64,000 nt of DNA from an uncultured Candidatus Saccharibacteria bacterium (GTDB lineage: Bacteria; Patescibacteriota; Dojkabacteria; SC72; WJKH01): NCBI GenBank assembly GCA_964602665.1, contig CAZRRH010000003.1, positions 66,963-130,962 on the forward strand, in the 5' to 3' direction. Numbering within the stretch: the first letter of the stretch is position 1; every line of letters starts with the position of its first letter. Below the pieces are notes generated by a model, which saw only the letters and a program-made list of their open reading frames with translations, made no database searches and was not told the DNA's origin. Made by a program: the position numbers and the translations under genes. Shown in pieces: positions 1 through 9,531 of the stretch.

Positions 1-1380
1 TTTCTTGCCTCGTTGTGTTTGTGGATCTAGTGTGATGCCTTTTTCTCTATAGGTCATAAGTAGTGCTCTATCAAGTACTGCAATCTCATTGCTGTTTAAC
101 TCTCCCATCATTAGTCTTAAAAAACTCTCCAGAGTGAGAATTTTAGATCTTAGCTCATCATCTTCTGGGTCTCCAAGTCCACTAATCTCAAAAGGGTTAA
201 TTTTGTCACTTTTGTCTTGTGAAAAAGATATGTATGTACCTCCTATTGCCTCGCATAATCGCTCATATTCATGCTCAGGATCTATAATTATGATCTGCGT
301 GCCAAACATAGCATTTCGCACAGCCTCAAGTTTAACGAAATAGCTCTTACCTGCACCAGATTTAGCAAAAACAGCTGTGTTTGCGTTTTCCATGTCAAAT
401 CTATCAAATATGACCATGCTATTATTGTGTTGATTTATGCCGTACATAACGCCGTGATCCATTGTGAGTTCAGATGTGACAAAAGGGAAAGTCGATGCAA
501 TTGAAGTAGTATCCATATTTCTTGTTATGTATAAATTGTCAAGACCAAGTGGTTGGCAACTTATAAGACCATCTTCTTGTTGTAGAGTCGCTGTCCTTGC
601 TGTCATATTCATTGCAGCAAGAGTTGATATAATGTTTTTAGATATTTTATCAAGGAGATCTTTTGATCTTGTTGCGACCATTATATACATGCCGTAGTAG
701 AAAAACTTTTCGGCGCCTTGTGCGATAGAATCCTGTAGTTGTTGCGCATCTGATAAGGCAATTTTTGTGCTTGGATCGATGGCTTGGCGTTTCTCCATCT
801 GTGTGTAAAGAGTGGCTTCAAGCTCTCCGATTTTTTTCTTTAGCTTATTTAAGATTGTTTTTGAGTCAATTGGATAATAAAAAGTACTTATTGTGATAGA
901 GTGCTCAAAGTTGATAATAGGGGATAACCAATTTGGACCGACAGATCTTGGATAGCCACTAACAAAAAATGTCCTATAGTACCTATCAGCAATTTGTACA
1001 TGATTGAAATCTACTTCCATATCTATTGGTGCAATAATATCTTGTAAACTTAATCCTTCAAAACGATCAGGCTGAATATATCCGCCTCTTGCTTTCTTCT
1101 CTTTTTCAAGCTGTTTTTCCCGGTCAGATAAGTTTTTGCTACGGGAGAAATTTTTACTTAGCAGACCTAAAATGTTTTGAAAAAGTCCCTTTTTCTTTTC
1201 TTTTTCAACCTCCTTTTCGTTGTAGCGTTCTTTGTCGGGTTTATTTGTATCATAAGCTGTTTTAAACTGCTCAATTTCATTTGTATCGAATTTGCGCCCA
1301 ATCTTTGCCCTTTCATCAAGTTTTTCTTGTAATGGAGATTTAAACGGATCCCTCTTTATCTTGTCTTTATCTGTTGCCAT
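1..1380 (-). CDS. VirB4/TraC/TrbE-like type IV secretion/conjugation ATPase (partial; C-terminus lies beyond window start)
   Basis: The minus-strand reading frame from an ATG at 1380 runs off the window edge and is not in the ORF track, which lists complete ORFs only. My translation contains a Walker A (AVFAKSGAGKSYFVKLEA), a downstream IIIIDPEHEY motif and overall VirB4-family architecture. A stop lies two codons upstream of the ATG. Confidence 0.55.
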   Translation of the reverse strand, partial: MATDKDKIKRDPFKSPLQEKLDERAKIGRKFDTNEIEQFKTAYDTNKPDKERYNEKEVEKEKKKGLFQNILGLLSKNFSRSKNLSDREKQLEKEKKARGGYIQPDRFEGLSLQDIIAPIDMEVDFNHVQIADRYYRTFFVSGYPRSVGPNWLSPIINFEHSITISTFYYPIDSKTILNKLKKKIGELEATLYTQMEKRQAIDPSTKIALSDAQQLQDSIAQGAEKFFYYGMYIMVATRSKDLLDKISKNIISTLAAMNMTARTATLQQEDGLISCQPLGLDNLYITRNMDTTSIASTFPFVTSELTMDHGVMYGINQHNNSMVIFDRFDMENANTAVFAKSGAGKSYFVKLEAVRNAMFGTQIIIIDPEHEYERLCEAIGGTYISFSQDKSDKINPFEISGLGDPEDDELRSKILTLESFLRLMMGELNSNEIAVLDRALLMTYREKGITLDPQTQRGKK

Positions 1381-1399
1381 TAATTTTTAATATTTTAAA

Positions 1400-2026
1400 T
1401 TACTCGACTTCATTATATACGCTATAAAAAAGCTCTATTAGCTCATCATTTTCTAGCTGATGTCCAATAAGGCCCATCCTCGCAATTTGTTTTAATAGGT
1501 GATCTCGTTTAGGATACAAATATATTTTCGCTTGCTCAACCAGTTTTTCAAGCTCTGTATCGCCAATGCCAGTACTTTCATCTTTTTTGGGTAATGGTAG
1601 AATAGATGATAGGCTAAGATTATACACCATATGGGGCACAACTATATAGAATTTCTTGTCTAACACATCATTTTGAACTACTAAATTCTGTACAAATGTT
1701 GTATAAACGCTCATTTGCTTCCTTAACCCCTCTGACATAGGTTTTTTAAGCTCATTTTGTAGGTAATTAATATAATTTGATATGTCAATTCGTTTTGTGC
1801 GGATAACAACCTGTACCGGAAAAGTCAGAGAATTTAGAAGGCCAGAGAAGGCTCCTATTTTATTGTCTTGTTCATATTCTGAGAGCAAATCGAAGTTTAC
1901 AGCAGACGTTTGAATTATTAAATTAGCTTTCCTTGATTTAGTAATGACGATATCGTCAATTATCTCATGTATTTGTAAATGTTCCTGCGTCGAATTTTTT
2001 ACTTTGACCCTTGTTGATGGCTTCAT
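1400..2026 (-). CDS. hypothetical protein, co-operonic with VirB4-like ATPase
   Basis: 208-aa ORF. Its stop is 20 bp before the VirB4-like start, and its start overlaps the upstream membrane-protein gene by 4 bp (ATGA). No recognisable motifs. Confidence 0.35.
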   Translation of the reverse strand: MKPSTRVKVKNSTQEHLQIHEIIDDIVITKSRKANLIIQTSAVNFDLLSEYEQDNKIGAFSGLLNSLTFPVQVVIRTKRIDISNYINYLQNELKKPMSEGLRKQMSVYTTFVQNLVVQNDVLDKKFYIVVPHMVYNLSLSSILPLPKKDESTGIGDTELEKLVEQAKIYLYPKRDHLLKQIARMGLIGHQLENDELIELFYSVYNEVE

Positions 2027-2931
2027 TTCTTTATACCTATTATTTTAATTGGTTCATCCGTTCCTGTGTTAAAAGCATAAATGACTCTTGGAAACAAGTA
2101 ATCTGTGCTCTGTAAATCGATTTTGTATACTCCATGTGGATATTCTCGCTCTGTAATAATTTCTCCTTTTGAATCTGATACCTTTACCTGTAATATTTTC
2201 TCGCTATTATCTTTTATCATAACTACAGCTTTAGGGATAGGATAATTTGATTGGTCTCTTATTGATATGTTAATAGAGTTAGGCGGAGGAGAAATCAGCG
2301 AGAAAGGGGCTTTAAAAATATCAATATTTGAATTGTTTATTAATATTTCTGGAGGTACTTTTATCTGTTGTGGTATAGAAGTGCTTGTTGTAGCTGTTGA
2401 TGCCACAGCAGTTTCTTTCTCTTTTACAATCGTGGCTCCTTGCGCGATTTTATTTAGCTCTAGTTTTTTTTGACTCTCTTCCATCTCAATTTTATCTTCA
2501 GCTTGCTCTTTTTGCTGTATGGTTTTAGTTGACGAGCCAATTATCTTAGGATCTTGTTTAACGGCTTGCTGATTTTTGGCGTCGGCAAGGGCAACTGTAG
2601 CGCTTGAGTCTTTAAAAATGCTGTGGTCTAGATAGTCACTTCTCCATACTCTCAAAGTAGGCGAGCTTACGGATTTAATGAAATTTTTAAGGTAGACATC
2701 AGCTTTTTGATCATTAATTGGTACCAAACCAAGAAATGCCCCTGTACCAGAAGACAATAAAAAAATTGGTATGGCAATCCATCCGGGAATTGTGCGGTTT
2801 GACATAAGATATAGGAAAATGACTCCAAAGCCTAGACCTATTGCGATATATGCAAACTCTCTTATCGTAAAATGGGAGAAGAGTTTGAACTCTATATCAA
2901 GTATATTTTGTGGTATAGGATGTTGCTTCAT
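2023..2931 (-). CDS. membrane protein with N-terminal two-TM hairpin (possible VirB3/TcpE/PrgI-like T4SS component)
   Basis: 302-aa ORF. Two hydrophobic helices near the N-terminus (FAYIAIGLGFGVIFLYLMS and IPGWIAIPIFLLSSGTGAFLGLV). First gene of a three-gene minus-strand operon ending in the VirB4-like ATPase. Confidence 0.35.
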   Translation of the reverse strand: MKQHPIPQNILDIEFKLFSHFTIREFAYIAIGLGFGVIFLYLMSNRTIPGWIAIPIFLLSSGTGAFLGLVPINDQKADVYLKNFIKSVSSPTLRVWRSDYLDHSIFKDSSATVALADAKNQQAVKQDPKIIGSSTKTIQQKEQAEDKIEMEESQKKLELNKIAQGATIVKEKETAVASTATTSTSIPQQIKVPPEILINNSNIDIFKAPFSLISPPPNSINISIRDQSNYPIPKAVVMIKDNSEKILQVKVSDSKGEIITEREYPHGVYKIDLQSTDYLFPRVIYAFNTGTDEPIKIIGIKK

Positions 2932-2951
2932 AATTTGTTATACTATTTTAT

Positions 2952-3587
2952 ATGAAAAAGAAAAGTTTTGCAAAGCAGTATAGTAATTTTAATAATATGA
3001 AGGAATTTAGAGCAAATGTTTTAAAAAGTTATAATAGGAAATTAGGAGATGTAAAAGATGGTGATTTTGATGCCTTATTTAAGTCGGGTTTACTCCCTTG
3101 TGACAGAAAAGAAGTTGATCGAAAGCTAGAAATCGCGAATAAAAATCTCTCTAAGATATTGCATCATAAATTTTGTACAAAAATAGCGATAAGCGGTTCT
3201 ACTGCCGTCGGATGTCCAAGAGTTGATGATGATATTGACATATTTGTGATTGTTAGAGATAACACTCTCTGGCTATATCGGATGTGGTTCAAACTTTTTG
3301 GTGGGAAAGCCGTAGCCAGGAGGCTTGACAATGTCCGCAAAGACAAATTTTGTGTCAATTTTATTGTGGAAGAAAGTGCCCTTGATAATGTTATTAACAA
3401 CAGTGTGTTTTATCAGCATGAGATGGCTTGCCTTATTACTTTATGGGAAGCAAGCGAGCCTACCAAACCCATTTCATCGGCGATTAAAGTAGCCAATTTA
3501 TTTGCCTATTGGTTGCAGATGCTTTCTAGGTTAGTTTTTGGTGGACATGTTGTACATGATATGCGAGTTGTGCAAGAGTGGAAGTGA
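2952..3587 (+). CDS. nucleotidyltransferase-fold protein (Pol-beta superfamily; minimal NTase/ANT-like)
   Basis: Motif ISGSTAVGCPRVDDDIDIFVIV fits hG[GS]x9-13Dh[DE]h of Pol-beta-type nucleotidyltransferases. 211 aa. The true start may be the internal Met at about 2997. Confidence 0.45.
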   Translation: MKKKSFAKQYSNFNNMKEFRANVLKSYNRKLGDVKDGDFDALFKSGLLPCDRKEVDRKLEIANKNLSKILHHKFCTKIAISGSTAVGCPRVDDDIDIFVIVRDNTLWLYRMWFKLFGGKAVARRLDNVRKDKFCVNFIVEESALDNVINNSVFYQHEMACLITLWEASEPTKPISSAIKVANLFAYWLQMLSRLVFGGHVVHDMRVVQEWK

Positions 3588-3595
3588 TTAGAGGA

Positions 3596-4144
3596 TTAGT
3601 CGAAAAGTGCTGTATCATAAGTAATATCTAACCAAGTATATGCGCGTGACAGTTGTATAGGGTCTTCACAAATAGCGGTAAAGCTTTTAAAAGTAAGTAC
3701 TGGAGAACTTGATACAAATCTTTTATCATCATAGTCTGAAACTTCGTCTGATTCTTCATAAGTGAGTTTTTTTGGATCTTCAAGATTCCAAGTTACGTCT
3801 AAAGTATGTCCTTCTAGACTATCCCGTACCTTTAGAGAACAAGGTACGCATACTAGCATATTGTCTTGATCTATTCCGACGGCGACATAATCAGTATTTT
3901 CATCTGCTCTATTCACTTGAACAACGAAATAAGCTCTTTTTTCAGTTATTTTAACACCTTTGGCTACGTCTATACCATCTTTTCCAGGATCTTCGAATAA
4001 AACACTATGAACAATTGCACTTAAGCCATTATAACGCGGTGTTTCCAAGACGGTTTGTATAGCTCTATCTGCGGCAGTAAGCAAATCTTTCTCTCTTTTG
4101 TCTCTTTCTCCTATACCAACTATATTTGTCAAATTCGGTGCCAT
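3596..4144 (-). CDS. hypothetical protein
   Basis: 182-aa ORF convergent with the NTase gene (9-bp gap). No recognisable motifs. Confidence 0.3.
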   Translation of the reverse strand: MAPNLTNIVGIGERDKREKDLLTAADRAIQTVLETPRYNGLSAIVHSVLFEDPGKDGIDVAKGVKITEKRAYFVVQVNRADENTDYVAVGIDQDNMLVCVPCSLKVRDSLEGHTLDVTWNLEDPKKLTYEESDEVSDYDDKRFVSSSPVLTFKSFTAICEDPIQLSRAYTWLDITYDTALFD

Positions 4145-4252
4145 AATAATTCAATTAAAATTTAGGTTATATAGTATAATTATATCACAGACAATGCCTG
4201 CGCGTCAATAGATAATTTTATGGCTAGATTATAAGATTAGATGACAATTAAA

Positions 4253-5323
4253 TCATGTTAAACTAATCTTATTAGCTTTTCTGATCTTAATCTCATCTCT
4301 TATGCCCGAGATAAAAACTTGCTGATTCTTTATAAACTTATTATTAAAAATCCGTCTAATTTTATTGTCGTCAAGCTCAGATTGTAAGTCGTCGAGTATT
4401 AAGATAGGGTACTGTCCAAGCATGTTCTTATAAAGCTCCTGTAAGCAGAAGATAAAAGAGCCGATAACAAAGCGTTTTTCTCCTCTAGAGCCGTATTTAT
4501 GGATATCTCGATCAAAGCCAAAAAGATGCCAATCATCTCGATGGGCACCGTATAGGGAGTATCCTATTGCGATTTCTCGCCTAATGTTTTTGCTATAAAT
4601 GTCGTTGTGCTTTTTTATGAGTGATTTCTTGTCCAGCATATCCTCGAAATCTCCTAATCCAAGTGATGATTTATACTCTATAAATCCATCTTTCTCTAAC
4701 ACAGAATTTATTTCTGTTATGAAGTTGCTTCTTTTAAAAATAATATCACTACTTATCTGAGCTAACTTTTGTGTCCATATTGATAAATCGACATTTTTTT
4801 CATCTACAGCACCTGTTTTATAGAAAATTTCGGCAAGTTTTTTAAGTTGTTTATTTCTTTGGCGAAGTGTTTTTGAAAAAGTGTTTAGTTCAAAAGCATA
4901 TTTATAATCAATATTACAGATTATATCGTCAAGAAATTTGCGTCGAGCAGAAGGAGATAGCATTAATATGTCGATTTGTTCTGGGGAGAAGAGATTTGAT
5001 TTAGTATATGAGCTAAACTTAGTAACGCCTTTTTTTTTGCCATTAATAAGATATTTGCAAGATGTTTTGTTGTAAATAATACTTTTGCAACTTTTATCGC
5101 TAAAAACAGCCTCTACCTTAAAGAAGTCATCCTCCCAATTTAATATATCACTTAAATCGTTGGTAAATGGAGATTTTCCGTTTGTTAGCAAACTAATCGC
5201 TTCGATACAGCTACTTTTACCACTTCCATTGTCTCCAATTAGGATATTGACACCGTCTGTGAAATCAAACTGGATATTTTTAAATTTGCGAAAATTTTGT
5301 AACTGTAGACTCTGCAAATACAT
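4253..5323 (-). CDS. recF: DNA replication and repair protein RecF
   Basis: N-terminal LQLQNFRKF...ILIGDNGSGKSS Walker A; SRGEKR signature-like motif; ILILDDLQSELD Walker B. Size (356 aa) typical. Confidence 0.8.
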   Translation of the reverse strand: MYLQSLQLQNFRKFKNIQFDFTDGVNILIGDNGSGKSSCIEAISLLTNGKSPFTNDLSDILNWEDDFFKVEAVFSDKSCKSIIYNKTSCKYLINGKKKGVTKFSSYTKSNLFSPEQIDILMLSPSARRKFLDDIICNIDYKYAFELNTFSKTLRQRNKQLKKLAEIFYKTGAVDEKNVDLSIWTQKLAQISSDIIFKRSNFITEINSVLEKDGFIEYKSSLGLGDFEDMLDKKSLIKKHNDIYSKNIRREIAIGYSLYGAHRDDWHLFGFDRDIHKYGSRGEKRFVIGSFIFCLQELYKNMLGQYPILILDDLQSELDDNKIRRIFNNKFIKNQQVFISGIRDEIKIRKANKISLT

Positions 5324-5326
5324 GAT

Positions 5327-7144
5327 TTATGTTTTAAGGATAGCTAAAAATGCTGCCTGCGGAATTGTAACACTTCCAATTTGTTTCATTCTCTTTTTAC
5401 CTTTCTTTTGCTTTTCTAATAGCTTTTTCTTGCGGGAGTAGTCACCACCATAAAGCTTGGCTGTAACATCTTTGCGAAAGGCTCTTATTGTCACTCGTGC
5501 AATTATTTTCGCGCCGATTGCGGCTTGTATTGGTACTTCAAATTGTTGTCTTGGTATGACTCCCTCCATTACCTCGAGTATTTTCATGGCTCTATCTCTG
5601 GCAAATTCGCGTGTCTCCAAAAAGCTTAGTACGCCAATCTCTTCTCGATTGACAAGTATTGATATTTTGACAACATCGACAGGAAAATAATCGATAAATT
5701 CGTACTCCATGGAGGCGTATCCGCTTGAGTATGTTTTGAGTAGATCAAAAAAGTTTGAAATAAGCGAAGCTAGGGGCATGTCATAATGTAGCGATACATA
5801 CTGTTTTGCAATATCACCCTCCTGATTGAGATATTTTGTGTTTACATATTGCCCTCGTTTTTGCTCACAAAGCTGCATTATTGAACCAATATATTCAGCT
5901 GGTGTCATTATATCTATACGCACCCACGGCTCTTGTATTTCTTTTATTTGAGATGGCTCCGGGAGCTCTTGTGCTGTTTGAATCATTAATTCAGTATTAT
6001 TTGTAAGAAAGACTTTATACTCAACTGTTGGTGCTGTTATAAGTAAATCAACATCAAACTCTCTTTCTAACCTTTCCTGCACTATTTCCATGTGTAGTAG
6101 CCCTAAAAAACCGCATCTAAATCCCGTACCAAGCAAATTGGATTTCTGGTAGGTATAGCTAAGTGATGAGTCATTAAGCAAAAGCTTGTCCATAGCTAAT
6201 TTAAGTTGCTCATAATCAGCCGTATCTGTTGGAAAAAATGTCGCAAAGACATTAGCTTTTGGTGGTTGATAGCCTGGCAGAGCAGATGTATCTAGCTTAT
6301 TGCTTACTGTATCACCAACTGTAAAATACTTTATATCTTTTAGTCCTGTAGCAATATATCCTACTTCACCAGTCTCAAGTTTTTCTACTTCCTGCATATC
6401 TGGGGTAAAAATACCAAACTCTATTGGATTAAAGGTTATCTTTTTTCTAAGTATGTAAAGCTGTGGAAATTGTGTTGCACCATAATTCTTCTTGGTTAAA
6501 TTTCCATTGAAAATTCTTACTGAAATCATAACTCCCTTGTGCTCATCGTAAAAAGAGTCAAATATTAGTGCTTGAAAAACATCTGCGGGCAGATTTGATT
6601 TCTTTGGATCGGGTGTATCTTGAACTATGCGATCAAGTAGTTTATCGACATTTTGTCCTGTTTTACCCGACACTTGTACAACGCTATCTCTATCAATCCC
6701 AAGAAGGATTTCTATCTCATCAAGTCTTCTTTCTATATTTACTCCCGGGACATCGATTTTGTTTAACGCGGGAATTATTACAAGGCCTTCGTTATGGGCT
6801 TTTTGTAGTGTCGAAATTGTTTGAGCCTGAACGCCTTGTGTAGCGTCTATTAATAATACTGCTGATTCGCAGGCATGTAATGATCTTGAGACCTCATATG
6901 AGAAGTCTACATGTCCTGGTGTGTCTATGATGTTTAATTCGTAGCCTTTCCAGTTTAGTTGCACGGGCTGTAACTTTATAGTTATGCCTTTTTCTTGCTC
7001 AAGCTCTAGCGTGTCAAGTATTCTCTCAGTGTGTGCCGATTTGCTTTTATGCTCTTGTGATGGGTTGCATAGCTCAATTATACGGTCTGCAAGAGTAGAT
7101 TTACCGTGATCTATATGTGCTATTATTGAGAAATTCCGTATCAT
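5327..7144 (-). CDS. lepA: elongation factor 4 (LepA)
   Basis: N-terminal IRNFSIIAHIDHGKSTLADR G1 motif, DTPGHVDF G3 motif, 605 aa with LepA-type C-terminal domain. Confidence 0.95.
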   Translation of the reverse strand: MIRNFSIIAHIDHGKSTLADRIIELCNPSQEHKSKSAHTERILDTLELEQEKGITIKLQPVQLNWKGYELNIIDTPGHVDFSYEVSRSLHACESAVLLIDATQGVQAQTISTLQKAHNEGLVIIPALNKIDVPGVNIERRLDEIEILLGIDRDSVVQVSGKTGQNVDKLLDRIVQDTPDPKKSNLPADVFQALIFDSFYDEHKGVMISVRIFNGNLTKKNYGATQFPQLYILRKKITFNPIEFGIFTPDMQEVEKLETGEVGYIATGLKDIKYFTVGDTVSNKLDTSALPGYQPPKANVFATFFPTDTADYEQLKLAMDKLLLNDSSLSYTYQKSNLLGTGFRCGFLGLLHMEIVQERLEREFDVDLLITAPTVEYKVFLTNNTELMIQTAQELPEPSQIKEIQEPWVRIDIMTPAEYIGSIMQLCEQKRGQYVNTKYLNQEGDIAKQYVSLHYDMPLASLISNFFDLLKTYSSGYASMEYEFIDYFPVDVVKISILVNREEIGVLSFLETREFARDRAMKILEVMEGVIPRQQFEVPIQAAIGAKIIARVTIRAFRKDVTAKLYGGDYSRKKKLLEKQKKGKKRMKQIGSVTIPQAAFLAILKT

Positions 7145-7234
7145 CTTGTTTAAATTTATATTTTAAATGCTAAATTTTTAATTTTATAAAATCACGCTTT
7201 GCGTTAACTCAATCTAAAATCTAAAATTTAGAAT

Positions 7235-7606
7235 TTAAAATTTAAAATTTGTCTTAGTCCTAATTTTATTCGCGTAAATCGTCATATCGTAAAAATAGTT
7301 ATTAAAAAATTGCTCATCAGAATTATACTGATTATCACCTTTATAAAAATCTAACCAGAACTCCTTAAGCCGACAAAGCTCCTGAAGATAGCCAAGCATT
7401 TTTTTATCTATTGCGTATTCAATTGATATGTAAAAGAGATCCATTGCTCTTAAATATGCTGAATTGGCGATCTCCTTATCTAGTTTCTTCCACTTCATTG
7501 CTCGAAATACTTCGCTCCCAATGTTTGCAAGTTGCTCTGCAGTATGCATTTGATACCATTTGTCCTTATCTACATGGGATTTATATTTATTTTGTGACTT
7601 TTTCAT
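7235..7606 (-). CDS. hypothetical protein
   Basis: 123-aa ORF, no motifs recognised. Confidence 0.3.
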   Translation of the reverse strand: MKKSQNKYKSHVDKDKWYQMHTAEQLANIGSEVFRAMKWKKLDKEIANSAYLRAMDLFYISIEYAIDKKMLGYLQELCRLKEFWLDFYKGDNQYNSDEQFFNNYFYDMTIYANKIRTKTNFKF

Positions 7607-7750
7607 ATGTTTTTTTTTATATACGCAATATAGCTATTATATCATATCTACATCTAAAAAGTCTGTGTAGCAAAGTGAAAACTTTTTCACTTGATTTATT
7701 AAATTAAGCAGGAATATAATATAGACAATATAATTTTTAAATATTAAAAA

Positions 7751-8056
7751 ATGGAGCAATTTCATATATATCAGAAACAGATACTAAAAAGCTTAATGTA
7801 TAAATCTTCATTAAGATTTAATGAACTAATGATTCCAGAATTGTCTTCTAAGCATTTTAATTATCATCTTAAGAAGCTTATCGAAGGTGGCTATGTGACA
7901 AATAAAAACAGGCAGTATGTTTTAACAGATGAGGGTAAAGAGCTTGTAAAACGAAAAGATCTATTTAATACATTTTCAGATAAACTAGAATTTGTAAGAA
8001 ATCCTCAAAAAGGAGTACAATTCAGGGAGATAATTACAGAGGCAGAGGGCTATTAG
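7751..8056 (+). CDS. small winged-helix-like DNA-binding protein (putative transcriptional regulator)
   Basis: 101 aa. Pattern LRFNELMIPELSSKHFNYHLKKLIEGGYV...YVLTDEGKELV resembles a wHTH recognition helix plus wing. Confidence 0.3.
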   Translation: MEQFHIYQKQILKSLMYKSSLRFNELMIPELSSKHFNYHLKKLIEGGYVTNKNRQYVLTDEGKELVKRKDLFNTFSDKLEFVRNPQKGVQFREIITEAEGY

Positions 8057-8140
8057 GAATACTTATAAAAACATGGAAGAATTACAAAGAGTTAAAACAT
8101 TTTTAGAATTTGATAAGTTACAAAATAAATATAGGCGTAA

Positions 8141-8169
8141 TTGACAAACTTCATCATTTATGTTAGTAT
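8141..8169 (+). promoter_or_regulatory. sigma70-like promoter upstream of DGR target gene (TTGACA-17-TAGTAT)
   Basis: TTGACA at 8141-8146, 17-nt spacer, TAGTAT at 8164-8169, about 30 bp upstream of the 8199 start. Confidence 0.3.
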
Positions 8170-8198
8170 CCAAGTAACTAAGTTTATTAATTCATGAT

Positions 8199-9227
8199 AT
8201 GAAGAAAAAATCTTTATTAATAAGTTACTTCTTTGTTTCGGGTCTGTTTCTAATGACCTGTCTTTTATTAGGAAGGAATTTTAAAGTATCAGCAACAAGT
8301 ACTCCCCCTATTACTGATCAGGTATCAATATTAGATCAGATATACACGAGATTAGTTACAAGCGGATTTGGTACGGAGTCATCAGGAGATCATGGTAATT
8401 TTGGTGTAAAATGGAATAGAATAGCAAGTAGTGCGTATTGGATACCAGATGGAGATGCAACTGCAGAAGATGTTGTAACGGGAAAAACCTTTTATGGAGG
8501 TAACAGAACAGAACAAACGGGAACATTGTCATTAACAGGAGATGCTACGGTTGATGATGTAGTTTCTGGAAAGACATTTTATTCAGATTCATTCACTAAA
8601 TTAACAGGTACAGCACCCGAACCAATAGATTTTTCTCTTATGCAATTTAATGAATATGATGATTATGAAGGATTAGCAACTGGTAGTATTGATCCAACAA
8701 ACCCGATAGATGATTACGAAGGAGATGAAGCTATATGGACAAATACATCGACAAATGTATGGAAGGATGAACGAACAGGTCTTTTCTGGAGTGCAGATGT
8801 AAGCACTTTGGGATTGGGACTTCCAGCAACATATTCTAATGCTTTTCCTAATCAAGTCCATACAACTTGCCCATTCTTTTCTTCCAATCCAAGAGCTAGC
8901 TATGATGGACTAACAGCCTCATGTGGTAACGCTATAAATGTATGTGGAACATTATCATATGATAGGGACAATGATGGAGAAGCAGAGACGGACTGGTATC
9001 TACCAACTCAAAAAGAATTAATGCAGGCCTACATAGATGGTATGTATAATCAAGCAGGAGCTAATCTAGAAGGCGCGGCGACATTTACCACTACAAACTT
9101 TTTCTGGTCCTCCTCGGAGGTGTCCTTCTATCCTACGAACGCATGGGGCGTTTCCCTGCTCGTCGGCAACACGAACCTCAACGCTAAGGCAAGTACTTTC
9201 GCTGTGCGTTGTGTTTCTCGGGACTGA
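8199..9227 (+). CDS. DGR target protein: N-terminally membrane-anchored surface protein with C-terminal DUF1566/C-type-lectin-fold-like variable domain
   Basis: N-terminal TM/signal (LLISYFFVSGLFLMTCLLLG). Internal GKTFY repeat motifs. C-terminal DWYLPTQKEL...FWSSSEVS...NAWGVSLLVGNTN...FAVRCVSRD matches the conserved DGR-target lectin-fold motif pattern. The last about 41 codons are the VR. Confidence 0.8.
   Translation: MKKKSLLISYFFVSGLFLMTCLLLGRNFKVSATSTPPITDQVSILDQIYTRLVTSGFGTESSGDHGNFGVKWNRIASSAYWIPDGDATAEDVVTGKTFYGGNRTEQTGTLSLTGDATVDDVVSGKTFYSDSFTKLTGTAPEPIDFSLMQFNEYDDYEGLATGSIDPTNPIDDYEGDEAIWTNTSTNVWKDERTGLFWSADVSTLGLGLPATYSNAFPNQVHTTCPFFSSNPRASYDGLTASCGNAINVCGTLSYDRDNDGEAETDWYLPTQKELMQAYIDGMYNQAGANLEGAATFTTTNFFWSSSEVSFYPTNAWGVSLLVGNTNLNAKASTFAVRCVSRD
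9102..9224 (+). repeat. DGR variable repeat (VR) at 3' end of target gene
   Basis: 123 nt aligning gap-free with 9532-9654. The 5' 24 nt and 3' 24 nt are identical. All 22 mismatches lie where the other copy has A. Locally GC-rich (A-depleted). Confidence 0.85.
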
Positions 9228-9531
9228 TATGATTAGAATTTGATAATTTTCAACTTAAAATTTCCCCGTGGGATATTTAGGGCTATTGACATATACCTTA
9301 TCAATTGGTATCTTACAACTGTGCGTGGATTCTACCATTTCAATCCCCAAGACGGGCAATGGATAGTAGAGAAGGCTTGATTATCAGTCCGTTCCACTAC
9401 ACCCTGTGAGACATTTTTGGTTTTTACAGGGTATTATTATTCAACAAACCTTTTCTGTCGCAATACAGATCAGTTTTGTGGTGTGTCAGATGATTTTCAT
9501 CTGAACAAAGTCAGTGGAAAACAATGTTGTG

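Noticed and set aside
89-697. Three short plus-strand ORFs (84, 77 and 77 aa)
   Set aside because: They lie antisense within the VirB4-like minus-strand CDS, have low-complexity translations and no motifs. Most likely spurious.
7211-7250. Tandem AAAATTT/TAAAATT-like repeats (also near 39349-39370 and 28652-28695)
   Set aside because: Considered as CRISPR or iteron-like repeats. They are short, irregular, AT-only low-complexity intergenic sequence without spacer structure.
9261-9275. Small TCCC-CGT-GGGA hairpin 35 nt after the VR
   Set aside because: Looked for the GC-rich hairpin/cruciform that flanks many DGR VRs. This 4-bp stem is too weak to call. It is mentioned only as a candidate.
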